Assembly: GCA_963701085.1 (NCBI GenBank)
Contig: OY969561.1
Span: forward strand, 384,001 to 448,000
DNA: 64,000 bases
DNA from: an uncultured bacterium
Lineage (GTDB): Bacteria; Babelota; Babeliae; Babelales; Vermiphilaceae
Reading direction: 5' to 3'
A program made the translations under genes and the position numbers. The notes beneath the pieces are model-generated. The model was not told the origin of the DNA. It saw only the letters and a program-made list of their open reading frames with translations, and made no database searches. Positions 46,123 through 56,199 of this stretch are shown in pieces (position 1 is the stretch's first letter; every line of letters begins with the position of its first letter).

Positions 46123-46200
46123 AAAAAGACCTTTTTTTTAATACAATATTTCTGTTGAAACCATAAAAAAAATCCCCGCATTTAAGCAAGGCTTTTTTTT
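46123..46200 (-). promoter_or_regulatory. F6 5' leader, a duplicate of the F2 leader including the terminator-like hairpin
   Basis: Near-identical to 13787-13864. Contains a candidate TTGCTT-N18-TATGGT and an AAAAGGT RBS. Confidence 0.55.
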
Positions 46201-46314
46201 ATTTATATAAACAAACAAACTATTGCTTTAACAACAGGTATTTTGTTTGTCTTTATTGATAAGAAAAATATCTGAAACAAAACAATATCGTTTTTTCTCA
46301 AAAAAAGGAGTCTC

Positions 46315-47139
46315 ATGAAGCTTATTCATATGCCGCGCTTTTTTTCCCTTATTATATCCTTTGCCTTATTGGTGGGACCGCTGCCATTATCCGCCATACC
46401 ACAAGAAACCATTGCACAACTTTCAACAATTGAAGCTGATATTATTGATCAAAATACTGATATTGTATACATAGATCTTAGCAAAGAGCACAGCAACATT
46501 GCAGAAATAGTGTCTTTGTTGAGTGATTTGGATGAAAATAATTATTCACCATTGCATGAATTACGCAAGCACATTGAAGATGGATTTTCTTATGCAGAAT
46601 ATAATGCGGTCATTGAAACACTTGAATATGCCGAAACTTTTTTACAAAAAAATTATACCCATTTAGATGATGCATACGCAGAAAAAATAGCGGCTGATCT
46701 TGATGAAGTAATAGACAATGTTAGCAATGGTTCATTAACACGACAACCAACTCAAATCATTCGTACAAACATTAATGTTCTTGGTAAAGCTACATTTCAA
46801 AAACATGTATTAACAAAACAAGGAATACACGCACTTGGTGCATTAAAAGTTAGTAAATCAGCAAAATTTAAAAAAAATGTAAAAATTGATGGCACGCTTT
46901 CTGTAACTGATTTAGCGGTAGCTAGTTGCATGGATAATTTATGCGTAAATAATCTTTCTGTTGTTGATTTGGTAATTAGTGGATCTGTCACTGGCATAAC
47001 CGGCATTGCAGGTTCAACTGGTGCAACTGGTTCAACTGGTGCAACGGGACCTAGTGGTACAGGTACAATCGGCGCAACGGGCCCAAAGGTGCAACGGGTA
47101 GTACGGGAGCAACTGGTGCAATCGGAGCTACTGGTGTAG
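46315..47139 (+). CDS. F7 N-terminal part (reconstructed gene 46315-49579, ~1,090 aa): signal peptide, N-domain, start of collagen-like run
   Basis: AAAAAAGGAG RBS. The N-domain is near-identical to those of F2 and F6. A 1-nt deletion near 47087 (ggcccaaaggt versus ggc cca aca ggt) breaks the frame. Confidence 0.85.
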   Translation: MKLIHMPRFFSLIISFALLVGPLPLSAIPQETIAQLSTIEADIIDQNTDIVYIDLSKEHSNIAEIVSLLSDLDENNYSPLHELRKHIEDGFSYAEYNAVIETLEYAETFLQKNYTHLDDAYAEKIAADLDEVIDNVSNGSLTRQPTQIIRTNINVLGKATFQKHVLTKQGIHALGALKVSKSAKFKKNVKIDGTLSVTDLAVASCMDNLCVNNLSVVDLVISGSVTGITGIAGSTGATGSTGATGPSGTGTIGATGPKVQRVVREQLVQSELLV

Positions 47140-47162
47140 GAGCAACTGGCGTAACGGGTGCA

Positions 47163-48119
47163 ATGGGTAGTACGGGAGCAGCTGGTGCTATAGGTGCAAC
47201 TGGTAGTATGGGAGCAACTGGTGCAACCGGAGCTACTGGTGTAGGAACAACCGGCGCAGATGGTGCTACAGGTGCAACGGGTAGTACGGGAGCAACTGGT
47301 CTGACTGGTGCAACAGGAGCTACAGGTTCAGTGTCTTCAGTTGTTTCACAATTAACTGCAACCAATTTTTCTGCAACCGATGCAATTATAGGAAATCTTA
47401 CGGTAAGCAATTGCGTTTCAAATTTATGCGTAAGCAGTTTATCAGTTACCAATGAGGTAATTACGGGTGATTTTTCAGTAATTGAAATGACTATTACGGG
47501 TACCGTTACCAATCCAACCGATGCTGCAACAAAAGCATATGTTGATGCCGTAGCTGGCGCTGGCCTTATGCCAAAAACACCAGCAATTGTTATAAGTACA
47601 ACTGATATTGGATCTCCGCCAGCAGGCTTACAAACAATTGATGGTGTTACTCTTGTTGATGGTAATCGCGTACTTCTTAATGGACAAACAAATCCAGCAG
47701 AAAATGGTTTATGGGTTGCACATAGTGGCAATTGGACTCGCCCAGCAGATTTTGCTACGGGAAATCAAGCAGGTGAAGCATATGTTCTTATTCTGGAAGG
47801 AACTGTTTATACCGGTTCAAGTTGGTTGTGCAATACTCCCAATGCGGTGATTGATACCGATCCAATAATATTTACAGAATTTTCTCTTCCTACCAATATA
47901 GTAGGAGCAAACGTTGGTACCGGAACAGGTCAAATCTATCAAGGTAAAACAGGAAACACTCTTAATTTTAAAACGCTTCTTCAAGGTGATGCATATACAA
48001 TTATTACTAACGATGCAAATGACGTATCACTCTCAACAAATGCAACAAGTGCAAATACACCAACTACTATTGTTGCTCGTGATGCTTCAGGTAACTTTGC
48101 TGCACAAAAATCAGTATGA
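47163..48119 (+). CDS. F7 central part: collagen-like run and tail-fibre domain
   Basis: In frame from 47088. GAT repeats, [31 protein letters not shown]. One base is missing in the A5 run at 48106-48110. Confidence 0.8.
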   Translation: MGSTGAAGAIGATGSMGATGATGATGVGTTGADGATGATGSTGATGLTGATGATGSVSSVVSQLTATNFSATDAIIGNLTVSNCVSNLCVSSLSVTNEVITGDFSVIEMTITGTVTNPTDAATKAYVDAVAGAGLMPKTPAIVISTTDIGSPPAGLQTIDGVTLVDGNRVLLNGQTNPAENGLWVAHSGNWTRPADFATGNQAGEAYVLILEGTVYTGSSWLCNTPNAVIDTDPIIFTEFSLPTNIVGANVGTGTGQIYQGKTGNTLNFKTLLQGDAYTIITNDANDVSLSTNATSANTPTTIVARDASGNFAAQKSV

Positions 48120-49579
48120 CTGATGGTGTTCATAGCGGAAATCTTATCCTAAGCACTGAACCAAGTACATCTTCAGCAGGTAATATCTTAAAAGGTTCAA
48201 GCAGCTTTATTCATGATTTTGGAACGAATAATACATTTGTTGGGATTAGCGCGGGTAACTTTACTACAAGTGGTTCAGGTGCAAATACAGGTATTGGTGC
48301 TAATGCTTTAACAGCAAATGGTACCGGAACAAATAACACCGCTATTGGTTATAATGCATTACTTGTGAACGTAATTGGTTTTTCTAATACCGGAGTTGGT
48401 TATAATGCGCTTGCTGCAAACATAACGAATGGCAGTACCGCTGTTGGTGCACTTGCACTTCAGGCAAACACAACCGGAGTATTTAACACCGCTGTTGGAT
48501 ATAGTGCATTGGCGGTGAACGCAACAGGTGTCAATAATACTGCTATTGGTTATAATGCGCTTGCCAATACAACCGGCGGAGCGGGTGCAAATACCGCCGT
48601 TGGTTCAACTGCACTTCAGGCAAACACAACAGGTATTGATAATACTGCTCTTGGTGCTGGTGCACTTGCATTAAACACAGTGGGTGCTGATAATACTGCT
48701 GTTGGGTGGCTTGCACTTCAAGTAAACACAACAGGTATTAATAATACTGCAATTGGTAGTGCCGCTCTGGGTCACAATACAATTGGTATCTCGAATACTG
48801 CTGTTGGCTTCTCTGCACTGAATGCAAATACTACAGGCAACAGTAATACTGCAATTGGTACTTCATCTCTTGGTGCAAATACCACAGGTCAAAATAATAC
48901 TGCAGTTGGTGATCATGCACTCGCTCTTACTACAACAGGAACTGGCAATACCGCTATTGGTCAAGGCGCATTAGCGGTAAACACAACAGGAATTCAGAAT
49001 ACAGCTCTTGGTAATGGTACATTCGCTGCAGTTACAACAGGAGGTACTAATATTGCGATTGGCCACTTAGCAGGTGGTACACTCACCACAGGAAGTAGTA
49101 ATATTTATATTGGTGTGAGTATGAATGCTCAATCCGCAAGTGAAAGCAATATTACGCGAATTGCTAATATTAGCGGTGTTAACGTTGGTGCTGTTCCGGC
49201 AGTCCTTGTTACTGCAACAGGTCAACTTGGTGTTAATACTTCAACAAGAAAAGTAAAACATGCTATTGAAGATATGAATGATGAATCAGCACGCATTCTT
49301 GATTTGCGTCCGGTAACATTTGTGTATAATAGCGATGCAACAGAAACAAAACAGTACGGTTTAATTGCAGAAGAAGTTGATGCACTATTCCCTGGGATTG
49401 TAGCAAGAAATAAAGATGGTGAAGTAGAAACAGTTCTGTATCATGTATTGCCAGTGCTTTTATTAAATGAAATGCAAAAGCAATACAATGAATTACTTAA
49501 CCATAAAGCTCTTATTGCTCAACTTGAACAACAAGCACAAAATTTTGCTGAACGCCTTAATGCATTAGAAGTACATTAA
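48116..49579 (+). CDS. F7 C-terminal part: 17-aa repeats and S74-like domain
   Basis: [18 protein letters not shown] is internal sequence in the paralogs. Contains [14 protein letters not shown]...YGLIAEEV and a coiled coil. Confidence 0.85.
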   Translation: MTDGVHSGNLILSTEPSTSSAGNILKGSSSFIHDFGTNNTFVGISAGNFTTSGSGANTGIGANALTANGTGTNNTAIGYNALLVNVIGFSNTGVGYNALAANITNGSTAVGALALQANTTGVFNTAVGYSALAVNATGVNNTAIGYNALANTTGGAGANTAVGSTALQANTTGIDNTALGAGALALNTVGADNTAVGWLALQVNTTGINNTAIGSAALGHNTIGISNTAVGFSALNANTTGNSNTAIGTSSLGANTTGQNNTAVGDHALALTTTGTGNTAIGQGALAVNTTGIQNTALGNGTFAAVTTGGTNIAIGHLAGGTLTTGSSNIYIGVSMNAQSASESNITRIANISGVNVGAVPAVLVTATGQLGVNTSTRKVKHAIEDMNDESARILDLRPVTFVYNSDATETKQYGLIAEEVDALFPGIVARNKDGEVETVLYHVLPVLLLNEMQKQYNELLNHKALIAQLEQQAQNFAERLNALEVH

Positions 49580-49594
49580 TATAATTAAACTGCT

Positions 49595-49654
49595 TTATAC
49601 AACGAAATACCAGCTATCTGCTCAGATAGCTGGTATTTCGTTGTATAATTTTTT
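49595..49654. terminator. Perfect 26-bp inverted repeat between convergent genes, probable terminator
   Basis: TTATACAACGAAATACCAGCTATCTG-CT-CAGATAGCTGGTATTTCGTTGTATAA followed by T6. Confidence 0.85.
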
Positions 49655-49957
49655 CTAAACGCCATAATGCTCGTAAATGACTAAATTGTGATGTAAACAT
49701 GAATCATTAGGTGCTTGCTCTAACGCTTTAAGCACCGCTGCTTTACCTATTGCATACTCTCCCACATAGACAGCACATTGTCCTAAAATATCATAACGCA
49801 AATAATCATAGACTCTGTTTTCCACAAATAATCCATTATTTAATGGATATGGCAATTGAGCAGCACGTATTGCAAACAAATAAGCAATCTGATGTTGATT
49901 GTGACGAATGTAGTAGCACGCAATTCTAAAAAGTGGCTCTGCGCGAAACGGCAACAT
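49655..49957 (-). CDS. C-terminal TPR-like part of the glycosyltransferase (reconstructed gene 49655-50906)
   Basis: The frame continues upstream as HYTEEDAVDYYLKAYSMLPFRAEP to a frameshift near 50020. Confidence 0.75.
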   Translation of the reverse strand: MLPFRAEPLFRIACYYIRHNQHQIAYLFAIRAAQLPYPLNNGLFVENRVYDYLRYDILGQCAVYVGEYAIGKAAVLKALEQAPNDSCLHHNLVIYEHYGV

Positions 49958-50015
49958 GGAATAAGCCTTTAAATAATAATCAACCGCATCTTCCTCCGTA
50001 TAGTGCGAAACTACC

Positions 50016-50906
50016 TTACTTATTATATGACTCAGCTATAATATGCTCAATCGCACAACCTATTCGATACGCCGACAAATATTTTTCTTCACTTACTTCT
50101 CCCATCTCCAGTCTTTTTTGATAATAAAAAATAGCTTGTTCCCAATCATCCATAAATTGACATGTTTGCGCCAGATAAAACGATGTACGCATATTAGTTG
50201 GATCATCTTCTAAACTTTTTTTAAGCAATGCGTAATCACGAGCACAACGATCTTTTGATTTTTCTTGACCATACCGCTGTGGTTTATATTCAAAATAAAC
50301 AGAATCAGAAACAATGCCACTTGCACTATCAGGTATTGATTCATGAACAACGCCCTTATAGCGAACATTATAACCTTGCCGTATAAGTCGAGGTACATAA
50401 TTATTAATATTATCCTGAACCGTCAAAAGGTGCATCAAATAACAACTACCCGTACAATTTGGTGCGATATAATCTTTATGTATTTTACAAAAATCAATTA
50501 ACTCCGAAACATTGTGCGTATACCATTCAGCATCAAGCATTAACAAAAAACTGTTATTAACAAAAATCTGCTCTGCTAAATCCAATGCTCTATTACGCGA
50601 AGTTGCAAAATCTACGAATGGTTCTTCCATAATATATGCGTGCTTAAGATCATGATCATTAAAATATTCACGTATCACCTGTTGTGTTCCATCCGTTGAA
50701 CCAGTATCATACACCAAAAAACTCGTAAGTCCTGCATCAACAAAAGGCTTTAACGTAGGAATAATAACATCAGCTTCATTTTTAACCATGATAACAACGG
50801 TTAAAAGAAATTCATGTTCATCTTTAAAACAGGGATCATGTGCTGCTATACAGGGAAAAATGATAAAGAAACTACCTATGATAAAAAGAGAATTGAACCA
50901 TTTCAT
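50016..50906 (-). CDS. Glycosyltransferase family 2 with TPR repeats, N-terminal part
   Basis: VIMVKNEA, YDTGSTDGT, DFATSRNRAL, YKGVVHE and TPR-like FYLAQTC. ATG at 50906 follows AAGAGG, with a signal-peptide-like N-terminus; the track starts at 50963. Confidence 0.85.
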   Translation of the reverse strand: MKWFNSLFIIGSFFIIFPCIAAHDPCFKDEHEFLLTVVIMVKNEADVIIPTLKPFVDAGLTSFLVYDTGSTDGTQQVIREYFNDHDLKHAYIMEEPFVDFATSRNRALDLAEQIFVNNSFLLMLDAEWYTHNVSELIDFCKIHKDYIAPNCTGSCYLMHLLTVQDNINNYVPRLIRQGYNVRYKGVVHESIPDSASGIVSDSVYFEYKPQRYGQEKSKDRCARDYALLKKSLEDDPTNMRTSFYLAQTCQFMDDWEQAIFYYQKRLEMGEVSEEKYLSAYRIGCAIEHIIAESYNK

Positions 50907-50963
50907 GAAAAAAACCTCTTTTTTGTGAATAAAACAATAAAAGGAGGTTAGCAAAAAAGTCAT

Positions 50964-51002
50964 AAAAAAACCACCGCATTGATAATTAAATCAATGCGGT
51001 GG
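50964..51002 (-). terminator. Intrinsic terminator, minus strand
   Basis: CCACCGCATTGAT / ATCAATGCGGTGG 13-bp stem with U7 on the minus strand. Confidence 0.8.
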
Positions 51003-51064
51003 AAAAAAGGAGAGTAGTAATGAAGCCTAAGTTAAGTTTTGTTTATCTCTGTCAGCCATTATTA
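50964..51064 (-). ncRNA. Candidate ~100-nt small RNA with an anti-Shine-Dalgarno / anti-AUG tract
   Basis: TTGACT-N16-TATTCT (51098-51071) upstream, terminator downstream, and GCTTCATTACTACTCTCCTTTTTT inside. Prediction only. Confidence 0.35.
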
Positions 51065-51109
51065 ATATTAAGAATAACCATTATATTAGAAAAGTCAAAG
51101 CAAATTTAA
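51020..51109 (+). CDS. Candidate 29-aa hydrophobic peptide
   Basis: AAAAAAGGAG-N7-ATG; reads MKPKLSFVYLCQPLLILRITIILEKSKQI*. It may simply be the antisense of the candidate sRNA. Confidence 0.25.
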   Translation: MKPKLSFVYLCQPLLILRITIILEKSKQI

Positions 51110-51224
51110 TTAATTTATGTTGTTATCTTCAAAGAAAACAGATTTTATTCTCAATTAATATATATAAAAAAAACTATTCTGTCAAAAAAATCATCAAAAA
51201 CGGACTTAATACCGCCCAAACAAT

Positions 51225-52328
51225 TCACATAGAAATTATTTTATAATCAACAGATGAGGCAATTAAAGCGCTCTCCAGCGCACTATCGCGTCGAGGAGAG
51301 GTAAAAATGAGCTGACAATTAAGTTCAAAAAGGGCGGATAATAGGGCCTTGCCCCTTTCAATATCAAAATCAGTCATAAAATCATCCAAAAGAAAAATAA
51401 TAGGGCCATTTTTTTGGGCAAGTTGCTTAATCTGGGCTATTTTAACCAACAAAACAATCATTTTTTGCTGCCCGCGAGAGGCATAAGCCCGGGACTTTTT
51501 ACCTGCTAAAGTAATAGTAAAATCATCAACATGAGCGCCAAAAAGCGTTCTTTTAAACTGTGCTTCTAACCGCATGAGCTCTGTACTGTTTTTTTGCCAA
51601 AAGATATCAAAAGCGCAGTCGCTACCTTTTTTTGCATGATACACAAAAGAAAGAGATACATGTTCATCTATATACTGATGAAGCATTGTATTAACCTCTA
51701 TCTCAAGCCATGATAAAAGTTGTTTCCGCATCTCTTGTACCTGAGATGTATACTCCCACAGTTTTTTAGTCCAAATGAAATATTCTTCTTGATCTATATG
51801 GTTATGCTGCAACAAAGCATTACGATTTTCTAAAACAACTCGATATTCACGCATTTTAGTAATAAATGTTGCATCATTCAATAATAATGCTTGATCAACA
51901 AAAGACCTTCGCTCTTCAGGACCATCTTGTATAAGCTTAAGATCATCTTCTGTCAGACTAACAACACGATAATAAGATAAAAGATCCTTATAAGATACCG
52001 TTGTTTTATTATCAACTTTAACCAAACGTTTATTGTTTGCAAACCCTATTTGAATCGTATGATCAACAAAATTGTCTTGTAAGCCATCGCGAATCAAAAA
52101 TTTTACAAAAAATGAGTCTTTACCTAAAGCTATTAAATCACGAGAAAGATGCGTTCTGAATGAGCGCAAATAGCATCCATAATAAAGTGCTTCTAGCAAA
52201 GAAGTTTTACCTGTTCCATTAGGGCCACAAATCAAAACAATGCGACTATCAAGATCAATAGTAGTTTGGTCAAAACAGCGAAAATCTTTAAGATAAATAG
52301 TCGCCAACTGTAACTGTTTTAGCCCCAT
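51225..52328 (-). CDS. recF: DNA replication and repair protein RecF
   Basis: Walker A GPNGTGKTSLLEAL, RSFRT, GPEERRSFVD, ASRGQQK and LLDD; directly downstream of dnaN. Start placed at ATG 52328; the track uses TTG 52358. Confidence 0.95.
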   Translation of the reverse strand: MGLKQLQLATIYLKDFRCFDQTTIDLDSRIVLICGPNGTGKTSLLEALYYGCYLRSFRTHLSRDLIALGKDSFFVKFLIRDGLQDNFVDHTIQIGFANNKRLVKVDNKTTVSYKDLLSYYRVVSLTEDDLKLIQDGPEERRSFVDQALLLNDATFITKMREYRVVLENRNALLQHNHIDQEEYFIWTKKLWEYTSQVQEMRKQLLSWLEIEVNTMLHQYIDEHVSLSFVYHAKKGSDCAFDIFWQKNSTELMRLEAQFKRTLFGAHVDDFTITLAGKKSRAYASRGQQKMIVLLVKIAQIKQLAQKNGPIIFLLDDFMTDFDIERGKALLSALFELNCQLIFTSPRRDSALESALIASSVDYKIISM

Positions 52329-52397
52329 ACTGCACTTCGCTTCATATGGGGGCCCCAATAAAGAACAATAAATTTAGAAATAAAAAATTGGGTTAAC

Positions 52398-53531
52398 TTA
52401 TTCATGCGTTTGAGCTACTGGCATCACCAAATAAAACATAGTATATTCACTTCCTTCAGTTGTACTTTGGGCATCAAAAATAATAGGCTTTGCTTTACCC
52501 TGTAAATAAAACTGTATTTGCTCACCAGGAAATACCTGTAATCCATTGAGCAAATAGGGAGCATAAAAGCGAATATCACAGTCAGAACCAGTAAAATCAA
52601 AAAGTGGTACTTCTTCTTCTAATGTACCAACTTCCTTATTATGCAAGGAAACTTTCAACTTTTCTGAACCAAATGCAAATGATGTTGCAATAAATTGCCC
52701 TGAAAGAAGACATGATGATCGACGAAGTGTTTTAATAAAATGAGAACGTTCAACACGTGCCGGAACAAAATCTTTTTTATCCAAAATTCCTGAATAAGCA
52801 GGAAATCCATCAACCAATAATTTAGAAAAAAAATTAAATGATTCACCGGAAAACACAAGTTGATTCCCACATAAACCAAGAAAAATAGCGGCATCATTAC
52901 TGCTTTCTAAAATCTTTTTAACTTCAAAGACCGCTCTACGTGGCAACAGCCATTTACTTGATTCTTCTAATGTATAGGTAGGAGTTTGCACTTGAGCAAG
53001 ACAATGCCCATCACTCGCGGTCATTTTTAATTCTGAATCAGATATTTCAAGCAATAACCCATTTAAGGAAGAATTGGCATTGTTTTGTGGGATTAAAAAA
53101 GCAACTTTATTAAAAAGTTCAAGTAAAAATGGCGCACTCAATTGCATTAGATTTTCAATGCGCTCTGGAAATGGTGGAAAGTTTTGAGCATCTTGAATGT
53201 TTAACACAACATTAACAAGTCCTGCTTTTACTACCAAAGATGTGTCGTCTAAAATAAAAGTAATATCACCTTCCAGCTCTTTTACCAAATCAAAAAGACG
53301 ACGCCCTGAAACCAAAAACATACGCGGTTCATTTATATCGCATTCTTTGAGCGCATAACTTGCTTGCAAGCTAATTTCTAAATCAGTACTTTTTAAAACT
53401 AATTCTCTATGCCCTACATGAAACAAGATTGTTGTAGTAGCATCAAGTGTAGTACGTTTGGTGCAAATAGGTTGCATTGAAGATAAAATAGATAGCAATG
53501 GTTTTTGTTCTACGACAAATGTATTTTTCAT
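52398..53531 (-). CDS. dnaN: DNA polymerase III beta sliding clamp
   Basis: STDLEISL, LNGLLLE, ASDGHCLA, DGFPAY and terminal YLVMPV; 377 aa; adjacent to recF. Confidence 0.95.
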   Translation of the reverse strand: MKNTFVVEQKPLLSILSSMQPICTKRTTLDATTTILFHVGHRELVLKSTDLEISLQASYALKECDINEPRMFLVSGRRLFDLVKELEGDITFILDDTSLVVKAGLVNVVLNIQDAQNFPPFPERIENLMQLSAPFLLELFNKVAFLIPQNNANSSLNGLLLEISDSELKMTASDGHCLAQVQTPTYTLEESSKWLLPRRAVFEVKKILESSNDAAIFLGLCGNQLVFSGESFNFFSKLLVDGFPAYSGILDKKDFVPARVERSHFIKTLRRSSCLLSGQFIATSFAFGSEKLKVSLHNKEVGTLEEEVPLFDFTGSDCDIRFYAPYLLNGLQVFPGEQIQFYLQGKAKPIIFDAQSTTEGSEYTMFYLVMPVAQTHE

Positions 53532-53705
53532 TATAATCCTTATAAGATAGGCACTTTTTCCAGTATAACCTACGTTGAAAAAATAAAAAGCTTATGATTA
53601 CAAAATCATTAACCCAGCTGAATTTTATGTTCCCAGGCTTGACAGTTATTCCACATCTTCAATGGGGCCCCCAATGAAAACAAAGTGAAAATTGGGGTAA
53701 CAATC

Positions 53706-54608
53706 CTATGATCGAGGATGCTTTTTATCATATATTTTTCTCAATTGTGACGTTTCAACATGAGTATATACCTCTACCGTAGTAATCTCTTCATGTCCAA
53801 GTAAAACTTGTAATGAGCGCAAATCCACACCTTTTTCTAACATATGTGTTGCAAATGAGTGACGTAATTGATGGGGTGAAATCGCTCTCTTTATCCCAGT
53901 ATTCTCGCATATTTTTTTTAAAATTACCCAACATGATTGTCGTGAAATTGGTTTTACTTTTTTTCCGTAGTATATAGGAAATAAATAAACAGAATTTTTC
54001 GTAAAAGTAGAAATGGTAGATGTCTGCATCTGAATATAATTATTCAACAATGTCATAACTGATTGAGGCAATGGTATCATGCGTTGTTTCCCACCTTTTC
54101 CTTCAATGGAAATAAACCGTGTATCAAAATGAATATCTGATATTTTAATACCAACAAGCTCACTAACTCGCATTCCTGATCCATAGAGCAAATAGATCAT
54201 CATTGAATTTCGAATACCCAATGGTGATCTGTCTTTTTCTGAATAAACAAGAATGCGGGTAATTTCCTCTTGCGTAAGATAGGTAGGAAGACGTTTTTCA
54301 ATTTTTGGAATATGTAACTCTTTTGTATTGTTTTTAATATCAAAATGGCTACTAAGATACGAAAAAAAAGTCTTTAATGTTGATATTTTACGCGCAATAC
54401 TCCGCGCAGAAAGCTTAAGTCCATACAGGTGATGAACAAATTGCTTAAGTTCATCACCTGTAAGTTTTTCTAAAAAAATATTATTTTTTTCCAAAAACTC
54501 GATAAATTGATTTATATCTCTTTTATATGAAAAAAATGTGTTGGTTGAAACACGCTGCTCTGTGAGCAAATAAGCTTCAAACTTTGTCTGTATCTGCTTT
54601 GCATCCAT
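53706..54608 (-). CDS. xerD: Tyrosine recombinase, XerD type
   Basis: GMRVSEL, GKGGKQR, ISRQSCW, SPHQLRHSFATHML, LLGH, VYTHV and terminal HPRS. ATG 54608 follows AAGGA. Confidence 0.88.
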   Translation of the reverse strand: MDAKQIQTKFEAYLLTEQRVSTNTFFSYKRDINQFIEFLEKNNIFLEKLTGDELKQFVHHLYGLKLSARSIARKISTLKTFFSYLSSHFDIKNNTKELHIPKIEKRLPTYLTQEEITRILVYSEKDRSPLGIRNSMMIYLLYGSGMRVSELVGIKISDIHFDTRFISIEGKGGKQRMIPLPQSVMTLLNNYIQMQTSTISTFTKNSVYLFPIYYGKKVKPISRQSCWVILKKICENTGIKRAISPHQLRHSFATHMLEKGVDLRSLQVLLGHEEITTVEVYTHVETSQLRKIYDKKHPRS

Positions 54609-54632
54609 ACTCAATCCTTTTTTATATGAAAA

Positions 54633-56054
54633 TTAATATGAACGAGCAACGAGCACGTCAGTTTTACTTGCTTGCTTACAATTAAAACATGTCTCAAAGG
54701 TACGACCTTCAATAATACAACGAATACTTGCCTTATAATTTTTCAGCTCAGTTTCACATTCAGGTTTTTCACACCAACTAGTTTGATAAAATGTCCCATC
54801 ATTTTCTAATTTTGGTCCAAATTCAGCAAGACTATCACTTGAGTTACGCATGGCATCTACACGGGCTTGCGCTCGTTCAAACAACGTCGTTTGTATAGTT
54901 GTTAATAATGCGATAACTTCATGTGTAATATCTGATAATGGAATAAAGCGCTTACCAAGACCAATGCGGTCAACCACCACAGCCTGACTATTTTCTATAT
55001 CTTTTGGTCCGAGCTCAATACGCACAGGAACCCCTTTAAGTTCCCACTTAAAGAATTTTGACCCAGGAGTTTTTCCTTCTTCATCATCTATGATGACGCG
55101 CACGTCATCTTTTTTAAGATCTTCCAATATTGTTCGCGCTGCCGCAATAATAGTTGAATTATCAATGCCAGCCTTGAAAATAGGAATAATAACCACCTGA
55201 ATTGGTGCTATTTGAGGAGGAAGAACCAACCCTTTTTGATCGCCATGGGTCATTACAAGAGCGCCAATAAGGCGGGTCGTAACTGCCCAGCTCGTAAGAA
55301 ATGGATATGCTTCTTTGCCATCTCTATCTTGGAATTTCATATCAAATGCATGAGCAAAAGTTTGAGAAATTAAATGAGATGTGCCCATTTGTAATGCTTT
55401 TCCATCAGGCATTATGCCTTCTATGGTGGTTGTAATATCGGCTCCGGCAAATCTTTCTTGTGCTGTTTTTGATCCTGCAATAACAGGAACAGCCAAATAA
55501 TTCTGTACAAGTTTTACATATTCGGCAAGCATAGTATGCACTTCGGTCATAGCTTCGTCATGTGTTTCATGGGCGGTATGGCCTTCTTGCCAGAAAAATT
55601 CTGTTGTACGCAAAAAAGGACGCGAACGCATTTCCCAACGAACCACACTGCACCATTGATTAATTTTTAGCGGTAAATCGCGCCATGAATGTAGCCAACG
55701 AGCAAACATATAATGAATCATGGTTTCAGACGTTGGTCTAATTACCAAAGGCTCTTCCAGCTCTTTACCACCCGCATGGGTTACTACTGCCAACTCTGGT
55801 GCAAATCCAGCAACATGTTGCGCTTCACGTTTAAGAAATGATTCTGGAATAAGCAAAGGGAAAGAGGCATTTTGATGTCCGGTAGCTTTAATTCGTTCAT
55901 CAAGAACATTTACAATGCGCTCCCAAATAGCCCAACCGTAGGGACGGACAACCATGCACCCTTTAACTGGAGAATGGTCAACCAATTCAGCATCATAGAT
56001 AACTTCATTATACCAACCAGAGAAATCTTGATTTATATCAGGCAATTTTTTCAT
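54633..56054 (-). CDS. proS: Prolyl-tRNA synthetase, archaeal/eukaryal-like type
   Basis: DFSGWY, HVAGFAPE, RPTSET, RDLPLKINQW, PFLRTTEFFWQEGHT, LQMGTSH and C-terminal ARSY. Confidence 0.97.
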   Translation of the reverse strand: MKKLPDINQDFSGWYNEVIYDAELVDHSPVKGCMVVRPYGWAIWERIVNVLDERIKATGHQNASFPLLIPESFLKREAQHVAGFAPELAVVTHAGGKELEEPLVIRPTSETMIHYMFARWLHSWRDLPLKINQWCSVVRWEMRSRPFLRTTEFFWQEGHTAHETHDEAMTEVHTMLAEYVKLVQNYLAVPVIAGSKTAQERFAGADITTTIEGIMPDGKALQMGTSHLISQTFAHAFDMKFQDRDGKEAYPFLTSWAVTTRLIGALVMTHGDQKGLVLPPQIAPIQVVIIPIFKAGIDNSTIIAAARTILEDLKKDDVRVIIDDEEGKTPGSKFFKWELKGVPVRIELGPKDIENSQAVVVDRIGLGKRFIPLSDITHEVIALLTTIQTTLFERAQARVDAMRNSSDSLAEFGPKLENDGTFYQTSWCEKPECETELKNYKASIRCIIEGRTFETCFNCKQASKTDVLVARSY

Positions 56055-56199
56055 AAAAAAGCTCACTTAGCGGTTTAATATTTATTCATTTCATGGTAGA
56101 ATTATATTATATAGGCTAAGACCGGTAAAATCTACCATAGAAATATAAGCGTTTGGTAGCATGTTAAGGCTTATTGCTACAATTAAGGGGGTAATTTCC

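Noticed and set aside
52329-52358. Extended recF N-terminus from TTG 52358
   Set aside because: It merely translates the GC-rich intergenic motif; RecF-like sequence starts after ATG 52328.
53532-53705. Replication origin upstream of dnaN
   Set aside because: Only one imperfect DnaA-box-like match and no adjacent dnaA; insufficient support.
53706-54608. XerD acting as a shufflon invertase for the array
   Set aside because: It looks like housekeeping XerD within a proS-dnaN gene run, and I saw no short conserved crossover sites bounding cassettes.
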